Shown: positions 23,821 through 35,300 of the stretch, one piece after another
Layout of the letters: every line of letters begins with the position of its first letter
Position numbering within the stretch: the stretch's first letter is position 1
Source of the DNA: Pristiophorus japonicus
Taxonomy: Eukaryota
Direction: 5' to 3'
Assembly: GCF_044704955.1 (NCBI RefSeq)
Contig: NW_027252026.1
Span: 496,001-560,000, forward strand
DNA length: 64,000 nt
The notes under the pieces: generated by a model
Told to the model about the DNA's origin: nothing
Database searches by the model: none
What the model saw: only the letters and a program-made list of their open reading frames with translations
Program-made: the position numbers and the translations under genes

Positions 23821-25918
23821 GCCGAGTACTGCCGAGTATTGCCGAGTATTGCCGAGTATTGCCGAGTATTGCCGAGTATTGCCGAGTATTGCCGAGTACT
23901 GCCGAGTATTGCCGAGTACTGCCGAGTATTGCCGAGTGCTGCCGAGTATTGCCGAGTATTGCCGAGTACTGCCGAGTACTGCCGAGTATTGCCGAGTATT
24001 GCCGAGTATTGCCGAGTACTGCCGAGTATTGCCGAGTACTGCCGAGTATTGCCGAGTATTGCCGAGTATTGCCGAGTATTGCCGAGTATTTCCGAGTACT
24101 GCCGAGTATTGCCGAGTATTGCCGAGTATTGCCGAGTACTGCCGAGTACTGCCGAGTATTGCCGAGTATTGCCGAGTATTGCCGAGTGCTGCCGAGTATT
24201 GCCGAGTACTGCCGAGTATTGCCGAGTACTGCCGAGTATTGCCAAGTACTGCAGAGTACTGCCGAGTACTGCCGAGTATTGCCGAGTATTGCCGAGTATT
24301 GCCGAGTACTGCCGAGTATTGCCGAGTACTGCCGAGTACTGCCGAGTACTGCCGAGTATTGCCGAGTATTGCCGAGTATTGCAGAGTATTGCCGAGTATT
24401 GCCGAGTACTGCCGAGTACTGCCGAGTATTGCCGAGTATTGCCGAGTATTGCCGAGTACTGCAGAGTACTGCCGAGTACTGCCGAGTATTGCCGAGTATT
24501 GCCGAGTATTGCCGAGTATTGCCGAGTATTGCCGAGTACTGCCGAGTACTGCCGAGTATTGCCGAGTATTGCCGAGTACTGCCGAGTACTGCCGAGTATT
24601 GCCGAGTATTGCCGAGTACTGCCGAGTATTGCCGAGTACTGCCGAGTATTGCCGAGTACTGCCGAGTACTGCCGAGTACTGCCGAGTACTGCCGAGTACT
24701 GCAGAGTACTGCCGAGTATTGCCGAGTACTGCCGAGTACTGCCGAGTATTGCCGAGTACTGCCGAGTACTGCCGAGTATTGCCGAGTACTGCCGAGTATT
24801 GCCGAGTACTGCCGAGTACTGCCGAGTATTGCCGAGTACTGCCGAGTATTGCAGAGTACTGCCGAGTACTGCCGAGTATTGCCGAGTACTGCCGAGTATT
24901 GCAGAGTACTGCCGAGTACTGCCGAGTACTGCCGAGTATTGCCGAGTACTGCCGAGTACTGCCGAGTATTGCCGAGTATTGCCGAGTACTGCCGAGTATT
25001 GCCGAGTATTGCCGAGTATTGCCGAGTATTGCCGAGTACTGCCGAGTATTGCCGAGTATTGCCGAGTACTGCCGAGTACTGCCGAGTACTGCCGAGTATT
25101 GCCGAGTACTGCCGAGTATTGCCGAGTACTGCCGAGTATTGCAGAGTACTGCCGAGTATTGCCGAGTACTGCCGAGTACTGCCGAGTATTGCCGAGTACT
25201 GCCGAGTATTGCCGAGTACTGCCGAGTATTGCAGAGTACTGCCGAGTATTGCCGAGTACTGCCGAGTACTTCCGAGTATTGCCGAGTACTGCCGAGTATT
25301 GCAGAGTACTGCCGAGTACTGCCGAGTATTGCCGAGTACTGCCGAGTACTGCAGAGTACTGCCGAGTACTGCCGAGTACTGCCGAGTATTGCCGAGTACT
25401 GCCGAGTATTTCCGAGTACTGCCGAGTATTGCCGAGTACTGCCGAGTATTGCCGAGTACTGCCGACTACTGCCGAGTACTGCCGAGTATTTCCGAGTACT
25501 GCCGAGTACTGCCGAGTACTGCCGAGTATTTCCGAGTACTGCCGAGTCTTGCCGAGTACTGCCGAGTATTTCCGAGTACTGCCGAGTATTGCCGAGTACT
25601 GCCGAGTATTGCCGAGTATTGCCGAGTACTGCAGAGTACTGCCGAGTACTGCCGAGTACTGCCGAGTATTGCCGAGTACTGCCGAGTATTTCCGAGTACT
25701 GCCGAGTATTGCCGAGTACTGCCGAGTATTGCCGAGTACTGCCGACTACTGCCGAGTACTGCCGAGTATTTCCGAGTACTGCCGAGTACTGCCGAGTATT
25801 TCCGAGTACTGCCGAGTCTTGCCGAGTACTGCCGAGTATTTCCGAGTACTGCCGAGTATTGCCGAGTACTGCCGAGTATTGCCGAGTATTGCCGAGTACT
25901 GCCGAGTATTGCCGAGTA
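23821..25918 (+). repeat. Decamer satellite (GCCGAGTAYT)n, about 210 copies
   Basis: Directly visible 10-bp period with C/T variants and rare GCAG, TCCG, GACT and GTCTT variants. Confidence 0.99.
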
Positions 25919-26228
25919 GCACCGACTTAAGGTCAGGTGAGTGCAGCTTTTTTTCAGCGACTTTTTCGACCAGCGACCATTTCGGCGAAGTGTGGGCAAA
26001 ATGCCGGAAGTTGCGGTGGCGATAAATGGGCGATAATCGGGCACAAGTTTCCAGTTTCAGCACTATTCTCGGCCTGGCACGCAGATGACTTCATATATTT
26101 TTTAAACTTAAGCCGGGCGATGCAGCACATTCATGTGTGCCAAAAGTTTGGCCGGCGATAAATGGGCGATAATCGGGTGCTAGTTTCCACTTTCTGGCAA
26201 AAATGGGCAATAGCCTGTATCTCAGCAT

Positions 26229-26403
26229 TAAATGGGCGATAAATGGGTGATAAATGGGCGATAAATGGGTGATAAATGGGCGATAAATGGGCGATAAATG
26301 GGCAATAAATGGGTGATAAATGGGCGATAAATGGGTGATAAATGGGCGATCGATAGGCGTAAATGGGCTATAAGTGGGCGATAAATGGGGGATAAATTGG
26401 GCG
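26229..26403 (+). repeat. 11-mer tandem repeat (GATAAATGGGY)n, about 15 copies
   Basis: Directly visible; single copies of the motif also occur near 26021 and 26157. Confidence 0.95.
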
Positions 26404-26427
26404 ATGATGTGCCGAAAGTCTAGTCCC

Positions 26428-28197
26428 ATCGATTCTAGAACGGTTCCCTTGGACTGGAATGTTGCGAATGTTACGCCACTATTTACGAAAGGAAGGAGAG
26501 AGAAAACGGGGAACTACAGACCAGTTTGCCTGACATCAGTCGTAGGGAAAATGCTCGAATCTATTATTAAGGGCACTGAGAAAATAATAATAGGATTGGG
26601 CAGAGTCAACATCGATTTATGAAAGGGAAAACGTGTTTGACAAATCTGTTTTGAGTTTTTTGAGGTGGTAACTAGCAGAATAGATCGGGGGAATCAGTGA
26701 ATGTGGTCTAGTTTGGATATTCAGAAGGCATTCGATAAGGTGCCACACCAGAGATTATTAAACAAAGGAGGGTTGATGGGATTAGGGGTAATATACTAGC
26801 ATGGATTGAGGATTGGTTAAAGGGTTGGGAAAATGTTGTTAAAGAATCAGTAGCAGGACATTTGGAAAAACATAATGCAGTCAGGCAGAGTCAGCATGGA
26901 TTTATGAAGGGGAAGTCATGTTTGACAAATTTGCTGGAATTCTTTGAGGATCTAATGAACAGGGTGGATAAAGGGGAACCTGTGGATGTGGTGTATTTGG
27001 ATTTCGAGAAGACATTTGACAAGGTGCCACATAAAAGGTTACTGCACAAGATAAAAGTTAACGGGGTTGGGGGTGATATATTAGCATGGATAGAGGATTG
27101 GCTAACTAACAGAAAACAGAGAGTCGGAATAAATGGTTCATTCTCTGGTTGGCAATCAGTAACTAGTGGGGTGCTGCAGGGATCAGTGCTGGGACCCCAC
27201 CTATTTACAATCTATATTAATGATTGGAAGAAGGGACCGAGTGTAACGGAGCCAAGTTTGCGAGCGAAACAAAGATGGGAGGAAAAGCAATGAGTGAGGA
27301 GGACAAAAAAAATCTGCAAAAGGACATAGACAGGCTAAGTGAGTGGGCAAACATTTGGCAGATGGAGTATAATGTTGGAAAGTGTGAGGTCATGCACTTT
27401 GGCAGAAAAAAAATCAAAGAGCAAGTTATTATTTAAATGGAGAAAGATTGCAAAGTGCCGCAGTACAGTGAGACCTGGGGGTCCTGGTGCATGAAATACA
27501 AAAGGATAGTATGCAGGTACAGCAAGTGATCAGGAAGGTCAATGGAATCTTGGCCTTTATTGCAAAGGGGATGGAGTATAAAAGCAGGGAAGTCTTGCTA
27601 CAGTTATACAGGGTATTGGTGAGGCCACACCTGGAGTACTGCGTGCAGTTTTGCTTTCCATATTTACGAAAGGATGTACTTGCTTTGCAGGCAGTTCAGA
27701 GAAGGATCACTAGGTTGATTCCGGAGATGAGGGGGCTGACTTATGAGGAAAGGCTGAGGAGGTTAGGCCTCTATTCATTGGAATTCAGAAGAATGAGAGG
27801 GGATCTTATCGAAGCGTTTAAGATTATGAGGGGGCTTGACAAGGTGGATGCAGAGAGGATGTTTCTGCTGATGGGGGAGACTAGAACTAGGGGGCATGAT
27901 CTTAGAATAAGGGGCCGCCCATTTAAAAATGAGATGAGGAGGAATTTCTTCTCTCAGAGGGTTGTAAATCTTTGGAATTCACTGCCTCAGTCTGCTTTTG
28001 GATGCTGGATCATTTAATGGATTTGACAGAAAGCGACAGTTTTTAACTGATAAGGGGTTAAGGGGTTATGGGGAGTGGGCAGGGAAGTGGATCTGAGTCC
28101 ATGATCCGATCAGCCATGATCGTATTAAATAGCGGAGCAACTCGAGGGGGCTTATGGCCTACTCCTGCTCCTATTTCTTATGTTCTTATGTTCTTAT
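26428..28197 (+). mobile_element. CR1-type LINE fragments (two fused pieces)
   Basis: The QHGF...FDKVPH RT segment occurs twice; 3' tail (ttcttatg)n at 28175-28197. Confidence 0.92.
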
Positions 28198-31100
28198 GAC
28201 TGCTGCACCACCGTTGCTCTGAGCGTCCAGCACTCCAAACCCAAGAAACACAAAAGCTGTCTCAGAAGGACATTGGAGTGCTAGAGTCATCCTCCACCCA
28301 GAAATGTGGGCATGGAGAAGGCAAACAAGTTTATCATTGTCCATCGCCCGAGCAGTACATTTGGATGCGGTCAGCAATTCCATACAATACATTTGGATGC
28401 TGGGTTATAACCAAGTGTAAAGCTGTTATTGTATTCTAGTGCATCTAGTCATTTTAATCTCAAGCCCAGGGGTTTTTGACCAACACAGTTACATCAAGGT
28501 AACTGGACGGGTCAAACCGTGACATCACAGGGCAAGCCTGACCCTACCCTGTGCATCACAGTGAGATCAGGCATCACAATAGGTTTGTAACCTGGGGCTA
28601 CCTGAGACACAAGCAGTTTCAGTGAAGGAAAGCACTGACTGAGACTAACTGGCTGATATCTCTAGCAGTGAATGTGGCCGGATACAATATCTCACCATTT
28701 TTGCTTTTTGAAGAGAACACTATGAAAACATCATCAACCAGCAGATTAGAGAGAAGGTTGTGAGCTTTGAAAGGTTGGGATTAACCTATTGATCTTGTAT
28801 CATCATTTGTGAAAGTCAGAATGAGCAACATAACGAGTTTAATAGATACAGTAATACTGGTGCACAGTAGCTTGTTAGAACAGTACATTTTGTTGTTATT
28901 CGATCTTCTTTGGGGTTGTTAATAGTTAGTCTGGAGCCTGTTGCCTGCTCACAGATGGTTACTGAGTCCCACTCTCAGCTCCCTCACTAACCAGACTCTC
29001 CCAGCCCTTGCGTTTGGTGCTCACTCCATGTTCTGTAAATGTAGACAACTACTTATCATTGATAGATCTCCTGGGGCATTGCTCGGGACAGTCTGCAGGG
29101 TGAGCAACAGTCACACATGTAACTGGGCCCCACTGAGAGAAGGGGGCACGGAGAAGGCAAACAATCCCATCACTGCCCATTGCCCGCACACCCGACTCTC
29201 TGGGTCATAACCAAGTGCAAAGCGGTTATTGTATTCCAGCACATCCAACCTAAGGCCCAAGGCTTTTTGGCCAAACACCGTTGTATCAAAGTGAGGCCCT
29301 TTCACTGGACGGGTCAAACTGTGACATCACAGGGCAAGCCTGACCCTACCCTGTGCATCACGTGATCACTGACATCACGATAGGTAAACAGGGGCAACAT
29401 GAGGCAGAAGAGGTTGCACTAGCAGTTTCAGTGAAGGAAAGGGAGCTGTACTGACTGACTAACTGGCTGATTTCTCGAGGAGTGAATGTGGCCGGCTAGA
29501 AGATCTGGTGAAGGGAGCGTGAACAATGGAATCATCACTAACCAGCTGACAGTCGGAAGGGTGTTGCTATGGAAGGTTTGTTTATTCCAGCTCGAACTAG
29601 GAGGCATAATCTTAGAATAAGGGGCCGCCCATTTAAAACTGAGATGAGGAGGAATTACTTCTCTCAAAGGGTTGTAAACCTGTAGAATTCACAGACTCAG
29701 AGTGCTTTGGATGCTGGGCCATTGAATGGATTTAAGACAGAGATCGACTGTTTCTTAACTGATAAGGGGTTAAGGGGTTATGGGGAGCGGGCAGGGAAAT
29801 GGACCTGAGTCCATGATCGTATTAAATGGTGGAGCAGGCTCGAGGGGCCGAATGGCCTGCTCCTGCTCCTATTTCTTATGTTCTTATGTTCTTATGACTG
29901 CTGCACCACCATTGATCTGAGCGTCCAGCACTCCAAACCCAAGAAACACAAACGCTGTTTCAGAAGGACATTGGAGTGCTAGAGTCATCCTCCACCCAGA
30001 GATGTGGGCACGGAGAAGGCAAACAAGTTTATCATTGTCCATCGCCCGAGCACCCACATCTCTGGGTCATAACCAAGTGTAAAGCTATTATCGCATTCTA
30101 GTGCATCTAGACCTTGTAATCTAAAGCCCAGGGTTTTTTGGCCAAACGCAGTTACATCAAGGTGAAGACCTTTCACTGGACGGGTCAAACTGTGACATCA
30201 CAGGGCAAGCCTGACCCTACCTTGTGCATCACGTGATCACTGACATCACAATAGGTTTGTAAACAGGGGCAACATGAGGCAGAGAGGCTGCACAAGCAGT
30301 TTCAGTGAAGGAAAGGGAGCTGGACTGAATGTGACTAACTGGCTGATTTCTCTAGGAGTGAATGTGGCCGGCTAGAAGACCTGGTGAAGGGAGTGTGAAC
30401 AAAGGAATCATCGCTATCCAGCTGACAATCGGAAGGGTGTTGCTGTGGAAGGTTTGTTTCTTCCAGCTAGAACTAGGAGGCATAATCTTAGATTAAGGGC
30501 CGCCCATTTAAAACTGAGATGAGGAGGAATTTCTTCTTTCAGAGGGTTGTAAACTTGTGGAATTCACAGACTCAGAGTGCTTTGGATGCTGGGTCATTGG
30601 ATGGATTTAAGGCAGAGATAGAGAGTTTCTTAACTGATAAGGGAATAAGGGGTTATGGGGAGCGGGCAGGGAAGTGGACCTGATCGGATCAGCCATGATC
30701 GTATTAAATAGCGGAGCAGGCTCGAGGTGCCGAATGGCCTACTCCTGCTCCTATTTCTTATGTTCTTATGTTCTTATGACTGCTGCACCACCATTGATCT
30801 GAGTGTCCAGCACTCCAAGAAACACAAACGCTGTTTCAGAAGGACATAGGAGTGCGAGAATCATCCTCCACCCAGAGATGTGGGCACGGAGAAGGCAAAC
30901 TAGTTTATCATTGCCTATCGCCCGAGCACCCTCTTCTTGAGGTCATTTTTTTAATATTTCAAAATAGAAACATAGAAACATAGACACATGGAAAATAGGT
31001 GCAGGAGTAGGCCATTCGGCCCTTCTAGCCTACACCGCCATTCAATGAGTTCATGGCTGAACATGCAACTTCAGTACCCCATTCCTGCTTTCTTGCCATA

Positions 31101-32207
31101 CCCCTTGATCCCCCTAGTAGTAAGGACTACATCTAACTCCTTTTTGAAAATATTTAGTGAATTGGCCTCAACAACTTTCTGTGATAGAGAATTCCACAGG
31201 TTCACCACTCTCTGAGTGAAGAAGTTTCTCCTCATCTCGGTCCTAAATGGCTTACCACTTATCCTTAGACTGTGACACCTGGTTCTGGACTTCCCCAACA
31301 TTGGGAACATTCTTCCTGCATCTAACCTGTCTAAATCCGTCAGAATTTTAAACGTTTCGATGAGAACCCCTCTCATTCTTCTGAACTCCAGTGAATACAA
31401 GCCCAGTTGATCCAGTCTTTCTTGAAATGTCAGTCCCGCCAACACGGGAATCAGTCTGGTGAACTTTCGCTGCACTCCCTCAATAGCAGGAATGTCCTTC
31501 CGCAAGTTAGGGACCAAAACTATACACAATACTCCAGGTGTGGCCTCACCAAGGCCCTGTACAACTGTAGTAACACCTCGTTGTCCCTGTACTTTGAGGA
31601 TATAACGTGCATGGTGGATAGAGGTATACCGATGGATGTGGTGTATTTAGATTTCCAAATGGCATTCGATAAGGTGCCACACAAAAGGTTACTGCAGAAG
31701 ATAAAGGTACGCGGAGTCACAGGAAATGTATTAGCATGGATAGAGATTTGGCTGGCTAACAGAAAGCAGAGAGTCGGGATAAATGGGTCCTTTTCGGGTT
31801 GGAAATCGGTGGTTAGTGGTGTGCCACAGGGATCGGTGCTGGGACCACAACTGTTTACAATATACATAGATGACCTAGAAGAGGGGACAGAGTGTAGTGT
31901 AACAAAATTTGCAGATGACACAAAGACTAGTGGGAAAGCGGGTTGTGTAGAGGACACAGAGAGGCTGCAAAGAGATTTAGATAGGTTAAGCGAATGGGCT
32001 AAGGTTTGGCAGATGGAATACAATGTCGGAATATGTGAGGTCATCCACCTTGGAATAAAAAACAGTAAAAGGGAATATTATTTGAATGGGGAGAAATTAC
32101 AACATGCTGCGGTGCAGAGGGACCCTGAGGGTCCTTGTGCATGAAACTCTCTTTGGGTAAACAATTAGTTCAAGTGCCCTCTGAATACAGGGGTGGGATA
32201 GAGCCTC

Positions 32208-32300
32208 CAGTCTTCCATCCAAGTACTAACAAGGCCTGACTTTGCTTAGCTTTCAAGATCAGATGAGAGCAGGCATTTTCAGACTAGTGTGGTCGTAGGC
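32208..32300 (-). pseudogene. 5S rRNA-derived sequence (first ~92 nt, diverged)
   Basis: GCCTACGACCACACT...TCTGATCTTGAAAGCTAAGC...GTTAGTACTTGGATGGAAGAC aligns to vertebrate 5S rRNA including boxes A and C. Confidence 0.9.
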
Positions 32301-32306
32301 CTAAAT

Positions 32307-32393
32307 CTGCCTTTGGTGGCATTCGAACTCTCAACTTTTGAATGTTTTACAAACATCCTGATTCGAAGTCCAATGCGCTATCCATTGCGCCAC
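32307..32393 (-). pseudogene. Intron-containing tRNA-Arg(TCT)-derived pseudogene; anticodon reads TCG
   Basis: GTGGCGCAATGGATAGCGCATTGGACTTCGA-[~20 nt intron]-ATTCAAAAGTTGAGAGTTCGAATGCCACCA; T stem and acceptor stem mismatched. Confidence 0.85.
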
Positions 32394-35300
32394 GAGAGGG
32401 ATGGAGTACAAAAGCAGGGAGGTCCTTCTGCAACTGTACAGGGTATTGGTGAGGCCGCACCTGGAGTACTGCGTGCAGTTTTGGTCACCTTACTTAAGGA
32501 AGGATATACTAGCTTTGGAGGGGGTACAGAGATGATTCACTAGGCTGATTCCGGAGATGAGGGGGTTACCTGATGATGATAGATTGAGTCAACTGGGTCT
32601 TTACTCATTGGAGTTCAGAAGGATGAGGGGTGATCTTATGGAAACATTTAAAATAATGAAAGGGATAGACAAGATAGAGGCAGAGAGGTTGTTTCCACTG
32701 GTCGGGGAGACTAGAACTAGGGGGCACAGCCTCAAAATACAGGGGAGCCAATTTAAAACCAAGTTGAGAAGGAATTTCTTCTCCCAGAGGGTTGTGAATC
32801 TGTGGAATTCTCTGCCCAAGGAAGCAATTGAGGCTAGCTCATTGAATGTATTCAAAGCACAGATAGATAGATTTTTAGCCAATAAGGGAATTAAGGGTTA
32901 CGGGGAGCGGGCGGGTAAGTGGAGCTGAGTCCACGGCCAGATCAGCCATGATCTTGTTTAATGGCGGAGCAGGCTCGAGGGGCTAGATGGCCTACTCCTG
33001 TTCCTAATTCTTATGTTCTTATGTACTCAAATCCCCTCGCTATGAAGGCCAACATGCCATTTGCTTTCTCAACCGCCTGCTGTACCTGCATGCCAACCTT
33101 CAATGACTGATGTACCATGACACCCAGGTCTCGTTGCACCTCCCCTTTTCCGAATCTGTCACCATTCAGATAATAGTCTGTCTCTCTGTTTTTACCACCA
33201 AAGTGGATAACCTCATATTTCTATACTTTATTCATATAAAAATTTGCACGGTACATTGGAAGGCATTTCTGTACATTTGGATGCAGTCAGCAATTCCATA
33301 CAATACATTTGGATGCTGACGACAGTTCCGTCAATACATTTGCTTGCTGGGTCATAATCAGGTGTAAAGCTGTTGTTGAATTCTCGTGCATCCAGTCATT
33401 TTAATCTCAAGCCCAGGAGTTTTTGACCAACACAGTTACATCAAGGTAACTGGACGGGTCAAACTGTGACATCACAGGGCAAGCCTGACCCTACCCTGTG
33501 CATCACAGTGAGATGAGGCATCACAATAGGTTTGTCACCTGGGGCTACCTGAGACACAAGCAGTTTCAGTGAAGGAAAGCACTGACTGAGACTAACTGGC
33601 TGATCTCTCTAGCAGTGAATGTGGCCGGATACAATATCTCACCATTTTAATTTTATGAAGAGAACACGATGAAAACATCATCAACCAGCAGATTAGAGAG
33701 AAGGTTGTGAGCTTTGAAAGGTTGGGATTAACCTATTGATCTTGTATTATCATTTGTGAAAGTCAGAATGAGCAACATAACGAGTTTAATAGATACAGTA
33801 ATACTGGTGCACAGTAGCTTGTTGGAATAGTTCATTTTGTTGTGATTCGATCTTCTTTGGGGTTGTTAATAGTTAGTCTGGGGCCTGTAGCCTGCTCACA
33901 GATGGTTACTGAGTCCCACTCTCAGCTCCCTCACTGACCAGCCCCTCCCAGCCCTTGCGTTTGGTGCTCACTCCGTGTTCTGTAAATGTAGACAACTACT
34001 TATCATTGGTAGACCTCCCGGGACATTGCTCGGGACGGTCTGCAGGGTGAGCAACAGTCACACATGTAACTGGGCCCCACTGAGAGAAGGGGGCACGGAG
34101 AAGGCAAACAATCCCATCACTGCCCATTGCCCGCACACCCGACTCTCTGGGTCATAACCAAGTGCAAAGCGGTTATTGTATTCCAGCACATCCAACCTAA
34201 GGCCCAAGGCTTTTTGGCCAAACACCGTTGTATCAAAGTGAGGCCCTTTCACTGGACGGGTCAAACTGTGACATCACAGGGCAAGCCTGACCCTACCCTG
34301 TGCATCACGTGATCACTGACATCACGATAGGTTTGTAAACAGGGGCAACATGCGGCAGAAGAGGCTGCACAATCAGTTTCAGGAAAGAAAAGGGAGCTGT
34401 ACTGACTGTGACTAACTGGATGATCTCTCTAGGAGTGAATGTGGCCGGCTAGAAGACCTGGTGAAGGGAGTGTGAACAATGGAATCATCACTAACCAGCT
34501 GACAATCGGAAGGGTGTTGCTGTGGAAGGTTTGTTTATTCCAGCTAGAACTGGGAGGCATAATCTTAGAATAAGGGCCGCCCATTTAAAACTGAGATGAG
34601 GAGGAATTTCTTCTCTCAGAGGGTTGTAAACCTGTGGAATTCACTGCCTCAGAGTGCTTTGGATGCTGGGTCATTGAATGGATTTAAGGCAGAGATAGAG
34701 AATTTCTTAACTGGTAAGGGATTAAGGGGTTATGGGGAGCGGGCAGGGAAGTGGACCTGAGTCCATGATCGGATCAGCCATGATCGTATTAAATAGTGGA
34801 GCAGGCTCGAGGGGCCGAATGGCCTACTCCTGCTCCTATTTCTTATGTTCTTATGATCTTATGTTCTTATGACTGCTGCACCACCATTGATCTGAGCGTC
34901 CAGCACTCCAAACCCAAGAAACACAAACGCTGTTTCAGAAGGACATTGGAGTGCTAGAGTCATCCTCCACCCAGAGATGTGGGCACGGAGAAGGCAAACA
35001 AGTTTATCATTGTCCATCGCCCGAGCACCCTTATCTCTGGGACATAACCAAGTGTAAAGCTGTTATTGCATTCTAGCGCATCTTGTCCTTGTAATCTAAA
35101 TCCCAGGGGATTCTGGCCAAACGCAGTTACATCAAGGTGAGGCCCTTTCACTGGACGGGTCAAACTGTGACATCACAGGGCAAGCCTGACTCTACCCGGT
35201 GCATCATGTGATCACTGACATCACGATAGGTTTGTAAACAGGGGCAACATGAGGCAGAAGAGGCTGCACAAGCAGTTTCAGTGAAGGAAAGGGAGCTGTA

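Larger units (their letters stand above)
20600..26427. mobile_element. Harbinger DNA transposon relic (decayed second gene on +, transposase on -, right terminus)
   Basis: Convergent two-gene layout; right end ...gccgaaagtctagtccc is TIR-like; subterminal tandem repeats; left boundary uncertain. Confidence 0.7.
31594..33021 (+). mobile_element. Nested CR1-type LINE
   Basis: RT motifs and tail; TSD TGTACT at 31588-31593 and 33022-33027. Confidence 0.9.
30963..33217 (-). mobile_element. CR1/HER1-type LINE with a nested opposite-strand LINE
   Basis: Minus-strand RT is interrupted at 31593 and resumes at 33022. Confidence 0.9.

Noticed and set aside
23821-25918. CRISPR-like array
   Set aside because: Contiguous repeats with no unique spacers, no cas genes, and a eukaryotic context. 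The same applies to 61831-62395.
23768-26025. Three 686-728 aa ORFs (PSIAEYCRVL repeats)
   Set aside because: A stop-free 10-bp repeat opens all frames with the same peptide. No coding signal.
32307-32393. Functional tRNA gene
   Set aside because: Acceptor and T stems are mismatched, the 5' end is replaced by LINE sequence, and no T-run terminator follows.
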